Assembly (NCBI GenBank): GCA_028534125.1
Contig: CM052816.1
Span: forward strand, 64,544,001 to 64,608,000
Reading direction: 5' to 3'
From: Lama glama
Lineage: Eukaryota
DNA length: 64,000 bases
The translations under genes and the position numbers were made by a program. This document shows, piece by piece, positions 25,776 to 36,805 of this stretch (within the stretch, counting starts at the first letter, position 1; every line of letters begins with the position of its first letter). The notes under the pieces are model-generated. The model ran no database searches. It saw nothing but the letters and a program-made list of their open reading frames with translations, and was not told where the DNA came from.

Positions 25776-26124
25776 TCTGTTGGTTGATTATAGTTTGAAA
25801 GTCATACTACAAATCAAATAAAGAGTTTTTCGTATCAAACTTAAAGAGATAACATTGATACCACATGAGGCCTCAAAAAAAAAAAGCAACACAGAAGTTT
25901 GTTTCAGTGCTGTCCCTAGGGTGTTATGAGGCTAGTGGGAGTAAAATTACGTTTAAGAACTGACAGTTTTGCTGCTGAAAGGGAGTGGTAGGCAAGAGGA
26001 AGTTCTGACCCTCTTAAAGTTCAGATTAGCCTGGTGCCCTGTAGGGCAGCCATACTTCTGCTTGGAAAATCTTGTGGTTTCAGAATCAAAGGCGCATCTC
26101 AGAAAAGCTGGTAGAAAGGTCAAA

Positions 26125-27032
26125 CGCGAGGTGGCCAAGATGGTGAAGAATGAAGACCCTGAGCTCACCTCCTCCAATGAGCACATCAAAATCACTACTT
26201 TTTACAAAGCAACTATCTATGAAAACAACCTGAAAACTAGCAGAAAAGATTTTCCACAACCAAAGATATAAAGAAGTGACCACAAAAAGACAGAAGGAGG
26301 GGCAGAGACATGGTAGTCAAGACCCACACTCCTTTCTATGCCACCTACAAACAGAAGGATAATCACAACTGCAGAGATGCTCCTCAAGGAAAAGGGGCTG
26401 AGCCGCACATTGGGCTCCCTATCCTGCAGGTCCTTCACTAGGAAGATGAATACCCAGAATGTCTGGCTTTGAAGGCCAGTGGGGCTTGTGTACAGGAGAG
26501 CTGGAGGACTGTATTAAGCAGAGACTCCACTCTTAAAGGGAACATGCAAAATCTCACATGCTCTCTGAGTCCCAGTACAGAGACAGTCATTTGAAAGAAG
26601 CTTGGGTCACACCCACCTGCTGATCTTGGAGGGTATTATGCTAAGTGAAATAAGACAGAAAAAGGCAAATACCATATGATTTCACTTACACGAGGAATCT
26701 AAAAAACAAAACAAGTGAACAAACATAACTAAAGAGAAACACTCATAGATAGGGAGAACAAACTGGTGACTGTCAGAGGGGAGAGAGAAGAGAGAATGAG
26801 TGAAACAGGAGAGGGAGAGTAAGAGGTGCAAACTTCTAGTTCTAAAATAAATCAGTCAAGGTATTTAATGTATAGCATAAGTGATAGTCAATACTATTGT
26901 AGTAACTCTGTATGGTGACAAGCAGTAACTAGACTTACCATGGTGATCATTTTGTAATGTTAAAAAAATTGAATCACTATGTTGTACTCTAAAACTAATA
27001 CTGTAAGTCAATCATACTCAAATAAAAAATTT
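26125..27032 (+). mobile_element. Internally deleted L1: 5' UTR (~26125-26625) joined to ORF2 end and 3' UTR (~26625-27032)
   Basis: 5' start CAAGATGGTG...GAAGACCCTGAGCTCACCTCCTCC (L1 5' terminus by recall, decayed YY1 site); 3' part GAGGGTATTATGCTAAGTGAAATAAG...AAATAAAAAA; flanks TAGAAAGGTCAAA (26112-26124) and TAGAAGGTCAAA (27033-27044). Confidence 0.8.
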
Positions 27033-27949
27033 TAGAAGGTCAAAGGGGAAATAATGAGGAAGTAGGAGGAAAGAAACTAATGCAATTTAAGTCTAAGCAC
27101 CGTTGGTAGCACTATTACTTTCCCAAGCACAAGGAGTCCCTCCCTCATCTGAGGTACAATTTAAGTGCAAAATAGAGTAGATAAGACCCTTATATTGCCC
27201 ACCTCAATTCACAAAGCATGGGATGAGGTTTATTTGCCAGGCATGCTTCCCTTCACTTTGGTTTTATAAATGGCTTAGCCACAAGGTGATCCTGAATTGT
27301 GGTAAATTCTGGTTCTGTCACAAAACACACATCAAAATTACTAACTTCTACTCTTTCCCAGATGTGCTGTCACTATCTAAGACTCTCAGAAGAGATACTA
27401 CGATAGATAAGAAAATATATAGCAAAATGGCTACCAGGGGCTATGGTTAAATACAACAGTTAGAAGTCAAAACGTGCACAGGAATTGACTAAACAGTCTC
27501 TGGGGCCTCGGGAAGGCAAGCCCTTCTATTCCTGGGATGTCTTATTTGAGGTTTCAATATTTCATGAGGATTTAAAAACATAATCTTGGATTGGGAGAGA
27601 CCTTTCTAGAAATTTCAAGAAATCCAGAAACATGAAAGAAAAGTGTTGACTAATTTTCTTTATAAAAAACTTCTAGGAACTTAAAAAAAAAACAACAAAC
27701 TCATGAAACGAAGTCAAAAGACCAAGAAAAAAAATCGGAAAGAAAAAGATGTTTAACCAAATGAAAGCCAAAGGGCTAAATATTTTTAATATATAAACAG
27801 GCTAAATAAAAAAAGAGAACACTTATAAAACTATGGACAAAGGACATTAATAGTTTTTACATAGGAGAGAAATATATAAATATGCAGATAGAGATGCATA
27901 ATCTAATAATTAAAGAAGCATAGATTAAAAAGAAATTCTCCTCCAGAGT

Positions 27950-28165
27950 TCTTTCCCTACCAAAGAGTCTGAAGAGGTCACATGCTCTAGATACAGCAAC
28001 TGTGACGTGGTGGAATCTTTCCATCAGCCTGGTTCTGACTGTGGAACTGACAACATTCTCATCCTCCGCCTGGAGTAGTAACTGAGAAAGAAACCTCTGT
28101 CATGTTAATTCACTAGAATGTCAATGGTTAATCCATTCTCAGGGCACAACTACCTATCCTGACTT
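27950..28165 (+). mobile_element. MLT1 LTR 3' fragment
   Basis: TCCATCAGCCTGG...GAGAAAGAAACCTCTGTCATGTTAA...CCTATCCTGACT. Confidence 0.5.
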
Positions 28166-29714
28166 CTATTAATATATCCCAAATTGCAAAGTGGTTATTT
28201 CAGGGGGCTGAGAAAGGATTATGGTGGACTTTTGAAATCTATATTAAATATTTTTATATTACTTTTATAATTTCAAAAAAATTAAAAGGTAAAGATATAA
28301 AAATTAAATGCTGACATCCTAAGTATGAACACTGGTAACAATTTCCCCAGATTTGCACTTCTTAATTTGGAGATTTATTTCTTATTTAGGTTAATACATC
28401 TGTCCCTAAAAGACTGCCTACAGAGAAGGCAATCCTTCTATTCATAAATGGCTCTTGGTAGGGCCATACTGGATTTATTACCAATATTTAGGCCCCAAAG
28501 ATAACTATTTCCATAGGGTACACAGAAGCGGGATGGAATGCACAGAATAATGTTCTAAGATCAAACAGAAAGGCCACATATTTCACCAGACAAGTAAGTA
28601 CCTTGTTAAGGAAAATTAGTTCACATTTTAAAAGTATCCAAATTGCTAGTAATCAAAATTACTATCCTATGAAATGGAAAGCTCTACCATCATCCTCCTA
28701 AGGTTGTCAAAGATAAGGCCAATCTAACCTTATTTCTATTAATTTGATTTTTCTAGACACAATAATGAAAATAAAATTAAACCTAAAGGATTCCATGAAA
28801 ATATTTCAAAACCAGCCTTGGGAGGGACAAGATTCCAGGGAAATCCCTTCCTTCTTCCATCAAATCCTCTATTTCAACCAAAAGAGTTCCATTTTTAATT
28901 TTCTTCCAACTGGTATGCCACATAAGTTTTTGTCTGGAGCTAAATGATGGAAAATCCATCATCCAAAATCATGATTACAGGAAGATATTGACATAAAATA
29001 TTAACCCCCATAAAAGAAGTTGCCACATTAAGGTGCTTATCTTTTCAATACCAAGTGGTTAAAATCTAGGAAAGGACTCTAATCACTGCAAAGCAAACAT
29101 CATTGCAAAAGGTCAAACAAATGAACATAACAAGCATACTACATGAGATATAATTATGTCCAAGCTTCTGTTCTCAATGGAAGGGTACACCTGATGATCC
29201 AAGGTCATCCAATCTAAGAGCCTATACAACTCATTCTTCAAAATAGGGAAGTCTGTAAATTTTATAGCTCAGTTCATTTGCACTAGGGATAGAGAGGCAG
29301 GTTTATTGGTGAAGTCAGCCTGAGCTGAACTCAAGAACAAATGCTGGGAAGATAGAATTGGGTAATTGGTGAGATTGCCAGAAGGTTTTGTGTTTCAGAC
29401 AGGAACGGGTTATATAGGAGGTATATTTCATCAAGTCTCACAGTAATAGGTAGGACGCTTTGTGGAAAAATAGCTTCATGGAATAGATGAGAATATCTTG
29501 TGAAATAAAACTGCATGCTTGTTATTTGCCTCATAGGACAAGGACCTCCTTAGGAAACATCCTACCAAATGGCAGAGCAGCAGGTTCAATGGTTGATATT
29601 TGTCAGTAGACTGAAAAAGTTATCCCAAAAGCTAGTAAAATTGCAAAAATTGTAACCATAGCTAGTTACACCAATCTAGAGCATTTTTTTTCATATTTGA
29701 CCCTGAGTTCTATG

Positions 29715-29935
29715 AAACACACTGATAAACTGGAGGATAACTGGAGGGAGGTGACTAAGATGATATAAAATTTAGAAACTACAACTTCTACAGAAAAGTT
29801 AGAAGAACTACGAAGTTAATTCACTGACTGAAAAACTGAAGGGAGATCAGAGTCATACCACGATTCAAAGGGACAGTAGATAGAATTTTTAAGTTGCCAG
29901 TACATGGCAACTTATACCTAACAGTTGCTCTATAT
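29715..29935 (+). mobile_element. CR1/L3 LINE remnant
   Basis: ACACTGATAAACTGGAG...GTGACTAAGATGAT...AAGTTAGAAGAACT...ACTGAAGGGAGA resembles the L3 3' region. Confidence 0.5.
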
Positions 29936-30119
29936 ATTTTCATGATTAATTCATATCAATCCCCAAATGCAAATGTTTTTAAAGTTGCTTTCCACTAACT
30001 GGGCTTCTCTTAGAGCAGAATTCACCAGCATACTTTTAAAAACAAAATTTTTTTTCTCTTCCCTTCTTCCCTTTCTCTCTGCCCCACTGCTTTTTCTTTT
30101 TCTCCTTCCTTCCTCTCTC

Positions 30120-30545
30120 TTTATAAGTAATAAATTCACATAGTTCAAGCATAAAACATAAAATGGTATACAGTAAAAAAAAAAAATTCCCTCCCAAGCC
30201 TATATCCTATTTGCTGAGTTCCCACCCCTACACATACACATAACTGGCAACCCCTCTTTATTAGTTAATCTTTCCAGAAATTATTTTTATGCACACATAA
30301 GTCAACATAAATGTATATGTGTGTGTATTTTATACACGTTCACACATAGAATTTCACTTCTTTTGTTTTTCCACAAACGGCTTACTCTACAAACTTTCTG
30401 TACTTTTCCTTTTTACTTATTAATATACATCAGAATTTTTTCATATTAATACATAAAGCATACCCTCATTATTTTTTACAGCTGCATCCATTGTGAATAC
30501 GTACCATAATTTGGTACTGGCACTCTAATGATGAGCACTGGGTTT
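30120..30545 (-). mobile_element. Old L1ME-type 3' fragment
   Basis: AAAATGGTATACAGTAAAAA...ATACCCTCATTATTTTTTACAGCTGCATCCATTGTGAATACGTACCATAATTT. Confidence 0.6.
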
Positions 30546-32244
30546 AAGAGAAATTTACAATCATGGAATTATTTGTTTATAAAGGACTAACAAATTTCAA
30601 ACAAAAGGTAAACAATCTCCTACGGTTAAAAAAACACTATCAAGGTTGCTGGGCTCATTTGGGTATTTAGAATAAAAGCACTAAGTTCAAATGTACAAAT
30701 ACATTTTTTAAAAAAGACTCTAGCATATTAGTTATAAATTAACATGCTTATTATCTTGATTTTTAATTTGAGTTTATTTTGGATAATTTCACCCATATGA
30801 TTCACATGCATGATATGTCAGGAATATTGTCAGCCTTCAAGAAGCATACCTGGTTTGCCCATGGATGCTACAGAAATTTTTATTTTGATTCATGGCATGT
30901 GAAATCAGTGTCAGAAAGCAGAAAGAAAATAGTTACCAAGTGGCACCTAAAATCATCACTTTCCTCTAGGAAACATGGTGAACAAATGTCTGAAAAGATG
31001 TCCTCTACTAACTAAAAACAATGACTCCTTTCTCCCTTGATAGAAGATAATTTGAGTGTCTCCCACAGATACATAAAGATTTAACCATTACAAGTGACAT
31101 TTACTCACCTGGTTGGATAAATTAAATTCTGCTTAATTAATAATTTATTAATTTATGTAACTAAAAGATACATACATGTAAGTCTTTGCCAATTTTTAAA
31201 ATTGGTATTCTCTTATTCTACTACTAGTCTATTTCTTGTAATGAGTTAAACAATTAATATTTCTACTTACACTCTAAGTAGGATGAGAATTTAATATACA
31301 AAGACTAGGAATTCTTGTACATAAAAATTCATGGAAAAAATTCGGACAGGTGAAAACAATCTACAATCACCTCAAAAAGTCATTAGTGCTTCCATTGGCA
31401 GTATTTCAACTTGAGTAAGAAATATTCAAAAGGACAATTAAAAACTACTTCTAGTTAAAAAGAAACAAAAAAATGATACTAGCAAATGGAGAATATATTT
31501 AGATTGAGACATAAGAATATTATTTAATGACCATTTTTCATATCTTAGAAATTTAGGCTACAAGCCAATCCTTTAAGATTAAAAAAATTACATTTTATAT
31601 ATCCATTTAGATGTTATTTTTGAATATAAGTTCTTAATGAAATACCATGTTACTTTAAATTACATTTTTAATCTTTTTCATTAAAATGTTAATCTTTATA
31701 AAAATCTGTGCTTTGGACAAAATTTTGATAGTTAAGCAATCATTTATTTTCAGCTATACTCTGTAATGTTAGAGCAAAATTGTGATAAACTGAATATTCT
31801 CTGAAGAATTCAGATTGACAGCCCTTTAGAAATTTCATTTACTTTAAAATTCACTTTGGATCTTATCTTTCATATGAGCGGGACCTAAAAGTGGTAGTAA
31901 CAGCATACCTTTGCTAAGTATAGAAATCTAAGCCTGGTAATTATCTCCAACCTTTTCCCATACAGAATATCCTTATGATTATTTATACTCTGTCTTCCTC
32001 AACTATGCAAATTTAATTAAAAAATGAACATGTTTATTCATGAAGAATACATTTGGGAGCCTTAAAAAATAAGTGTCCACATAGTTATATGATAAATATT
32101 TGGGGGACACTGAATCAAGTGCCTACTGTGGATGAGCATGACATGGTTCTGCCCTCGAGGAATTCACAGTATAGAGAATAGGACAAATACGTAAAAGTAA
32201 GTAGTAAAATATACATTTATAGGAGAATGGTTAGGAAAGCCAAT

Positions 32245-32650
32245 TGTCTTGGTTTCCTAGGGTTGCTATAACAAAAAACCACAAACTGGGTAACTTAAAA
32301 CAACAGAAAATTATTGTCTCACTGTTCTGGAGGCTAGAATTCCACAATCAACATATAGGCAAGACCATGTTCCTTTTGGAGACTCTAGGGAAGATTTCAT
32401 CTTTGCCACCACTAGGGGTACTGGCATTCTTTGGTGTTCTTAGTCTTGCAGCTGCATCACTCCAGTCTGTCTCCATTTTCACATGGCCTTTTTCTCTGTT
32501 TGATTCTCTGTGTGTTTTCTCCTATTGTAAGACACTCGTCACTGCATTTAGGGTCCATTCTAATCTAGTAGGACCTCATCTTAACTAATTATATATAAGA
32601 CCCTATTTCCGGCAGACAAGAATTTCTGGGGTACACTATTCAATCCATTA
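32245..32650 (-). mobile_element. MaLR MLT1 (A-C type) solo LTR
   Basis: TGTCTTGGTTTCCTAGGGTTGCTATAACAAAAAACCACAAACTGGGTAACTTAAAACAACAGAAA...TTCTGGAGGCTAG. Confidence 0.88.
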
Positions 32651-34639
32651 TGTTGACTGTGTATAAAGGAAAAAAGTACAAACAAAACTTTTGTCAGACT
32701 ATACAAACTTCAGGTTAAAGTGCTCTACAATTTGGGTTTCATGGCTGAAGCCAGGGAAAGAGGACAACTTAGCAACATCTTAAAAGTCCTTAAAGTATTC
32801 AGTTAGGGGTTGTGCAAATCTTCATTTCAACAATGGATCTGAGATGATTTAACAGAGTATCCTCAAAGCCCAAAAGACTGAGTTACTGTGTCTGGATCCA
32901 TATCAATGGCTGGTCAAAATTTCACCCTGTACTATGAAAAGTAACAAAAGGAAGTAGGGATGACTGTTCCATCCATTCTTGTTTGCAGCAGCATGTATCT
33001 CATCAGAACTAAGGGCAAGACTGGTTTTCTCTTTGATGAGAAATCAGTGAGATGTTTTTGATTTTTATTAAATATAATTATTCATACTTGCCAGAAAGAA
33101 AAGAAATAGTTAGAATCATCAAACTGTAATGTAATCATTAAAACAAAAGAATCAACTATCTCATTATCTGAGAGATTCTTAAAGACATCAGAGGTCCCTC
33201 AAATCAGTTTGAAAATTAATATCTAGGTTAATTGGCAAAACAGGGGCTAAATATACATTATATCTTTACCGTACTGTTAACAAAATAGTATTTCCATGGT
33301 AGAAAATAACAAAATTATTCATTAACATTCAGCTTGAAATTTGGACATAATTACTATTTTCTAGGAGGTAAATGTATTTGTTTTGAGTTTGGGGATTTTT
33401 AGAAAATTTTAGAAAATTTATGTCACAACATTCATGGTTTCCAGCTCTTTTTGAGAACTATTATCTATCTGTTTTGTGTGCTTTATAAAATGTTTCATAG
33501 ATGTTATACCTTCTTCAAAAACATAATTCTTTAGAAAATGAATTCTATAATATGCTTGCTACAAATATGGTCTCTTCCCACCTCTTTTTTCAACAGTAGC
33601 TTAAATAATGCAAGTACAAATGCCACTTCTTTAAATATCTGATGGGTCCTCAGCACTCTGGCATGTGGTAGCTTTGTCCCCAAGCTTTTTTTTTTTTTTT
33701 TTGGCCTGTCAGCTGTGAGAAACAGTTTTCTACCAATTACTGTCACAATATGAATAAATTCAAAACTGAAAATATAAGCACTGAATATTTTCAGTAAATT
33801 TATCCCAAAACTATATTAAAATAGGGATTTAGCATGTAAACAAGGAATTTAACAAGTAATAAGGAAGAAGCATCACACTGTACTTTGTCTTCTATAAATA
33901 AAAACACAATATAAGAAGATAAAGAAAAAAGCATTCATGCCCAGAAGAGAAATGGGTAAATGACAGCAAGTGTATGAAATGAAAAGAAAAAAGAAGTTAC
34001 AGCTGCAAAGAGAGCATCAATTAAGGAATGACTCCTGAAAACAATGTTACAGAGTTGTTGCTGGGCTTTCCCCCCTTTTTGAATGACTAATTATGACCTA
34101 ATTAAAATAATTTTTAAAAGATTTATGTAGCATTTCTTTCTTTGTCTAAAATTGGTATCTTTTCATATATGGCTCTAAACAAACATTAGGCCAGCAGCTG
34201 GTTACGAACATGATTGTGGTTTCAAAGATGTTAAGAAACATGTTATAAAAATTAGCAATGTTCTTAGGTTATTACTGTTAATAAAACCTCAAATAAACAA
34301 GATACAGTTGGCTCTTACTCTGGACTGGTTCTGTGCCAAAAATTTTTTGGGGGGGTGTGGTGAATAAAAATCCTAAGTTTAAAGGTACAACTAAGAAATA
34401 CACAGTCTAAGTTGCCTGTGTATATATAATCATAATGGTCTGGTCTGTCAACCTAGTTTGGTCAGAACACTGTTCTAGTTCTAAATCATAGTTCTGACAC
34501 TATGGTGATGATGTATGATTATCACCAGGACACATTTTTTTAAACTCATTTTCAGACTAGGTATTATGTTGCCTTTTGTGCACAGTCACTCATTCTTCTC
34601 AAACATCTTTTTTTATATGCTTTCTTCTTGATGGCTTGT

Positions 34640-35780
34640 GTATATTACAGATTGCAGTTTAACAAATTCAAACAGAACTAGAAGATTTGGGCCTGAAAGT
34701 CAAAGTTTGTATCATTACTGACCTCTGCCTCTCTCTCTGAATTTCCTTCCCTACTTCTTATCACCCATATTCAAAGTCATGTTATTTCTTTCCTCTACAT
34801 GCTCCTCACAAGTGTGCATCGTTGACAGCCCACTAGCACCCTTTACTTCATACTAGCACTACTGTATGCCTGTGTTGCTGCAGTAGCAATAGCTTCCTAA
34901 ACGATCCAATCCATCCTGCATTAACACTGCCAGAATAATCTCCCCAAAATACTCCTTTGATTATGTTATAACTCTTCTAGAACTATGCAAAGGCTTACCA
35001 TTACCTAAAGAAGCATTTCCCAAAGCATATTTTATAGACTACCAGAATTTTACAAGATTTTAACGTGTTTTAGTCTTTTTTTTTTAAAAAAAGAATTCTC
35101 TTGCTATGTGTAGCTTAACAGAAAAAAAGTGGTTTCCATACAGCAAGATTTTTAAGAGCTTTCAAAAGACCAAAGACACATTACATATACCCAAGGGCGG
35201 GAAAGTCCACATTTCCCAAATTTATTTCATTGCATAACTCTTTTACCATACAATATCTTGTAATCTCTCCTAGAACACCAGGATGGTTTTACCAAGCATA
35301 GACTCTTAGTTTGCTCTTCATGACTCTCTAACTAGTCTGATCTCAAACTATTTCTAAACTTACTTCTAACTTCTGTATGAATTTCCACCTTGAACTAGAC
35401 TCTGCACTCAATATACTCTGAGCAAGCTATATATATATGTATGACTCTGTCCTTCTCCTCAACTATAAAACCTCTGTCAACTCTTCATAGCCAAGTTCAA
35501 GTTTTGATTCGTTCACAAAGCATCTCCTAACAATTCAAGAGAACAATGATCTCTTCTTCTTCTGAACTATACCACTTACTCTTCATCTAATGCTCCATGT
35601 GGCTTTCAATTACTGCTTAGAACACAAATCTTCCAGAGACTTGCTTTTAAATTTAGTTTTTGTCTGTGGTTCCTTCTCCCTTACTAGAGAGCAAAGTCCC
35701 TGAAAGAAAAGGCATGCCTTTTGTACGTGCCCCACACTATTACAGCTTTGCAATGAACAGGACCTAGAAAATATGTGCCA
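34640..35780 (+). mobile_element. L2 remnant, probably interrupted by an hAT MER (~35010-35285)
   Basis: AATAGCTTCCTAA...CACTGCCAGAATAATC; 3' end CTAGAGAGCAAAGTCCCTGAAAG...AATATGTGCCAAATG. Confidence 0.5.
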
Positions 35781-35804
35781 AATGGACGAAAAAAATTTTC
35801 TTTA

Positions 35805-36228
35805 GGATAGTGTGCTATTTGCCTCACTGGCTCTACCTCCACCTTTCTGCCCTCTGCCCCAGAGAACTGATCTACATGGATTACATAAAAGGCTCCCTTG
35901 CCCTCTGGCTTCTACTGAGATTTAGATATTAGGGAATACCAACAGGAGACAAGAAGTAAGGGGGAGAATGAGGTCTGAGAATGAGGCTCCCTGTGAAGTC
36001 AAACTGTTTCCTTTAGCTCAAGGTCACAACTTCAGGTTCCAGAAACTAACTTTTCCCTTTTAGGCTTGGAAATGGTATGGACACCCCGCTGTTAGACCTT
36101 CAGTTTTGGGCTTGTGGTTTCCTATACCACGCGGTTTCTCTCCTAGATTCTGCTCATACCTTTACATAGTCCCTTTATTACCTAATTTGAATGTGCCATC
36201 TGTTTCCTGCCTGAATCCTAACTGATAC
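35805..36228. mobile_element. ERVL LTR33-like solo LTR
   Basis: GGCTCCCTTGCCCTCTGGCTTCT and terminal GCCATCTGTTTCCTGCCTGAATCCTAACTGATACA. Confidence 0.7.
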
Positions 36229-36477
36229 AGATGGTATACAATTCGTTTTGCTGTTTTAAAAAATACTTATTAGTCTTGCAATACTAAGAATAGGAAATGG
36301 ATTTGTTTTGAAAATCTAAAACTAAACACAAGCTATAGTCTACAATGAGTTCTGGATTATGATCCACTTGAGGGAAGAAACCATGACTTATTTATCTTAT
36401 ATCATCCAACCCTGTGCTTAGAAAAGTCACATGCACAATGTTCACAACAAACATTTATGTAACTGAATTTAATCATC

Positions 36478-36805
36478 TATGGCAGAGAAAGTGCTCTCCA
36501 ATTATGCAACAAGCTTCTCTACATTTTCCAGCCTCCCTTGCAATTAGATGGGGGTCACATGACTGGGTTCTAGCCAGTGGACTATGGGGAGAAGTGACAT
36601 ATCCCTCTTCTAGGCCCAGCCCTTAAAATCATCCCAAGTGAGCCTTTAGCTCTCTTCTCCACTTGTCAGTCTCTAAGATTTTTTCCAAGTGATGAAAACA
36701 TAAGAAAAATGACAGCTGCCTGATTCAAGAAATAAATGCTTGTGTTAAGCCACCAAGCTTAGTAGTTCATTATTTATCTAACAGAGTTCAAGTATTCCCT
36801 ACTTA
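36478..36805 (+). mobile_element. MLT1J-like solo LTR
   Basis: CTACATTTTCCAGCCTCCCTTGCAATTAGATGGGGGTCACATGACTGGGTTCTAGCCAGTGG...GAAATAAATGCTTGTGTTAAGCCAC. Confidence 0.75.

Noticed and set aside
25969..26271. 100-aa ORF running into the L1 5' UTR
   Set aside because: It crosses the insertion boundary, starts at a non-ATG codon and has no recognisable protein features.
31101..31160. Consensus minus-strand donor CAG|GTGAGT
   Set aside because: The 52-nt exon from the better acceptor has stops in all frames and is extremely AT-rich; the nearer AG has no pyrimidine tract.
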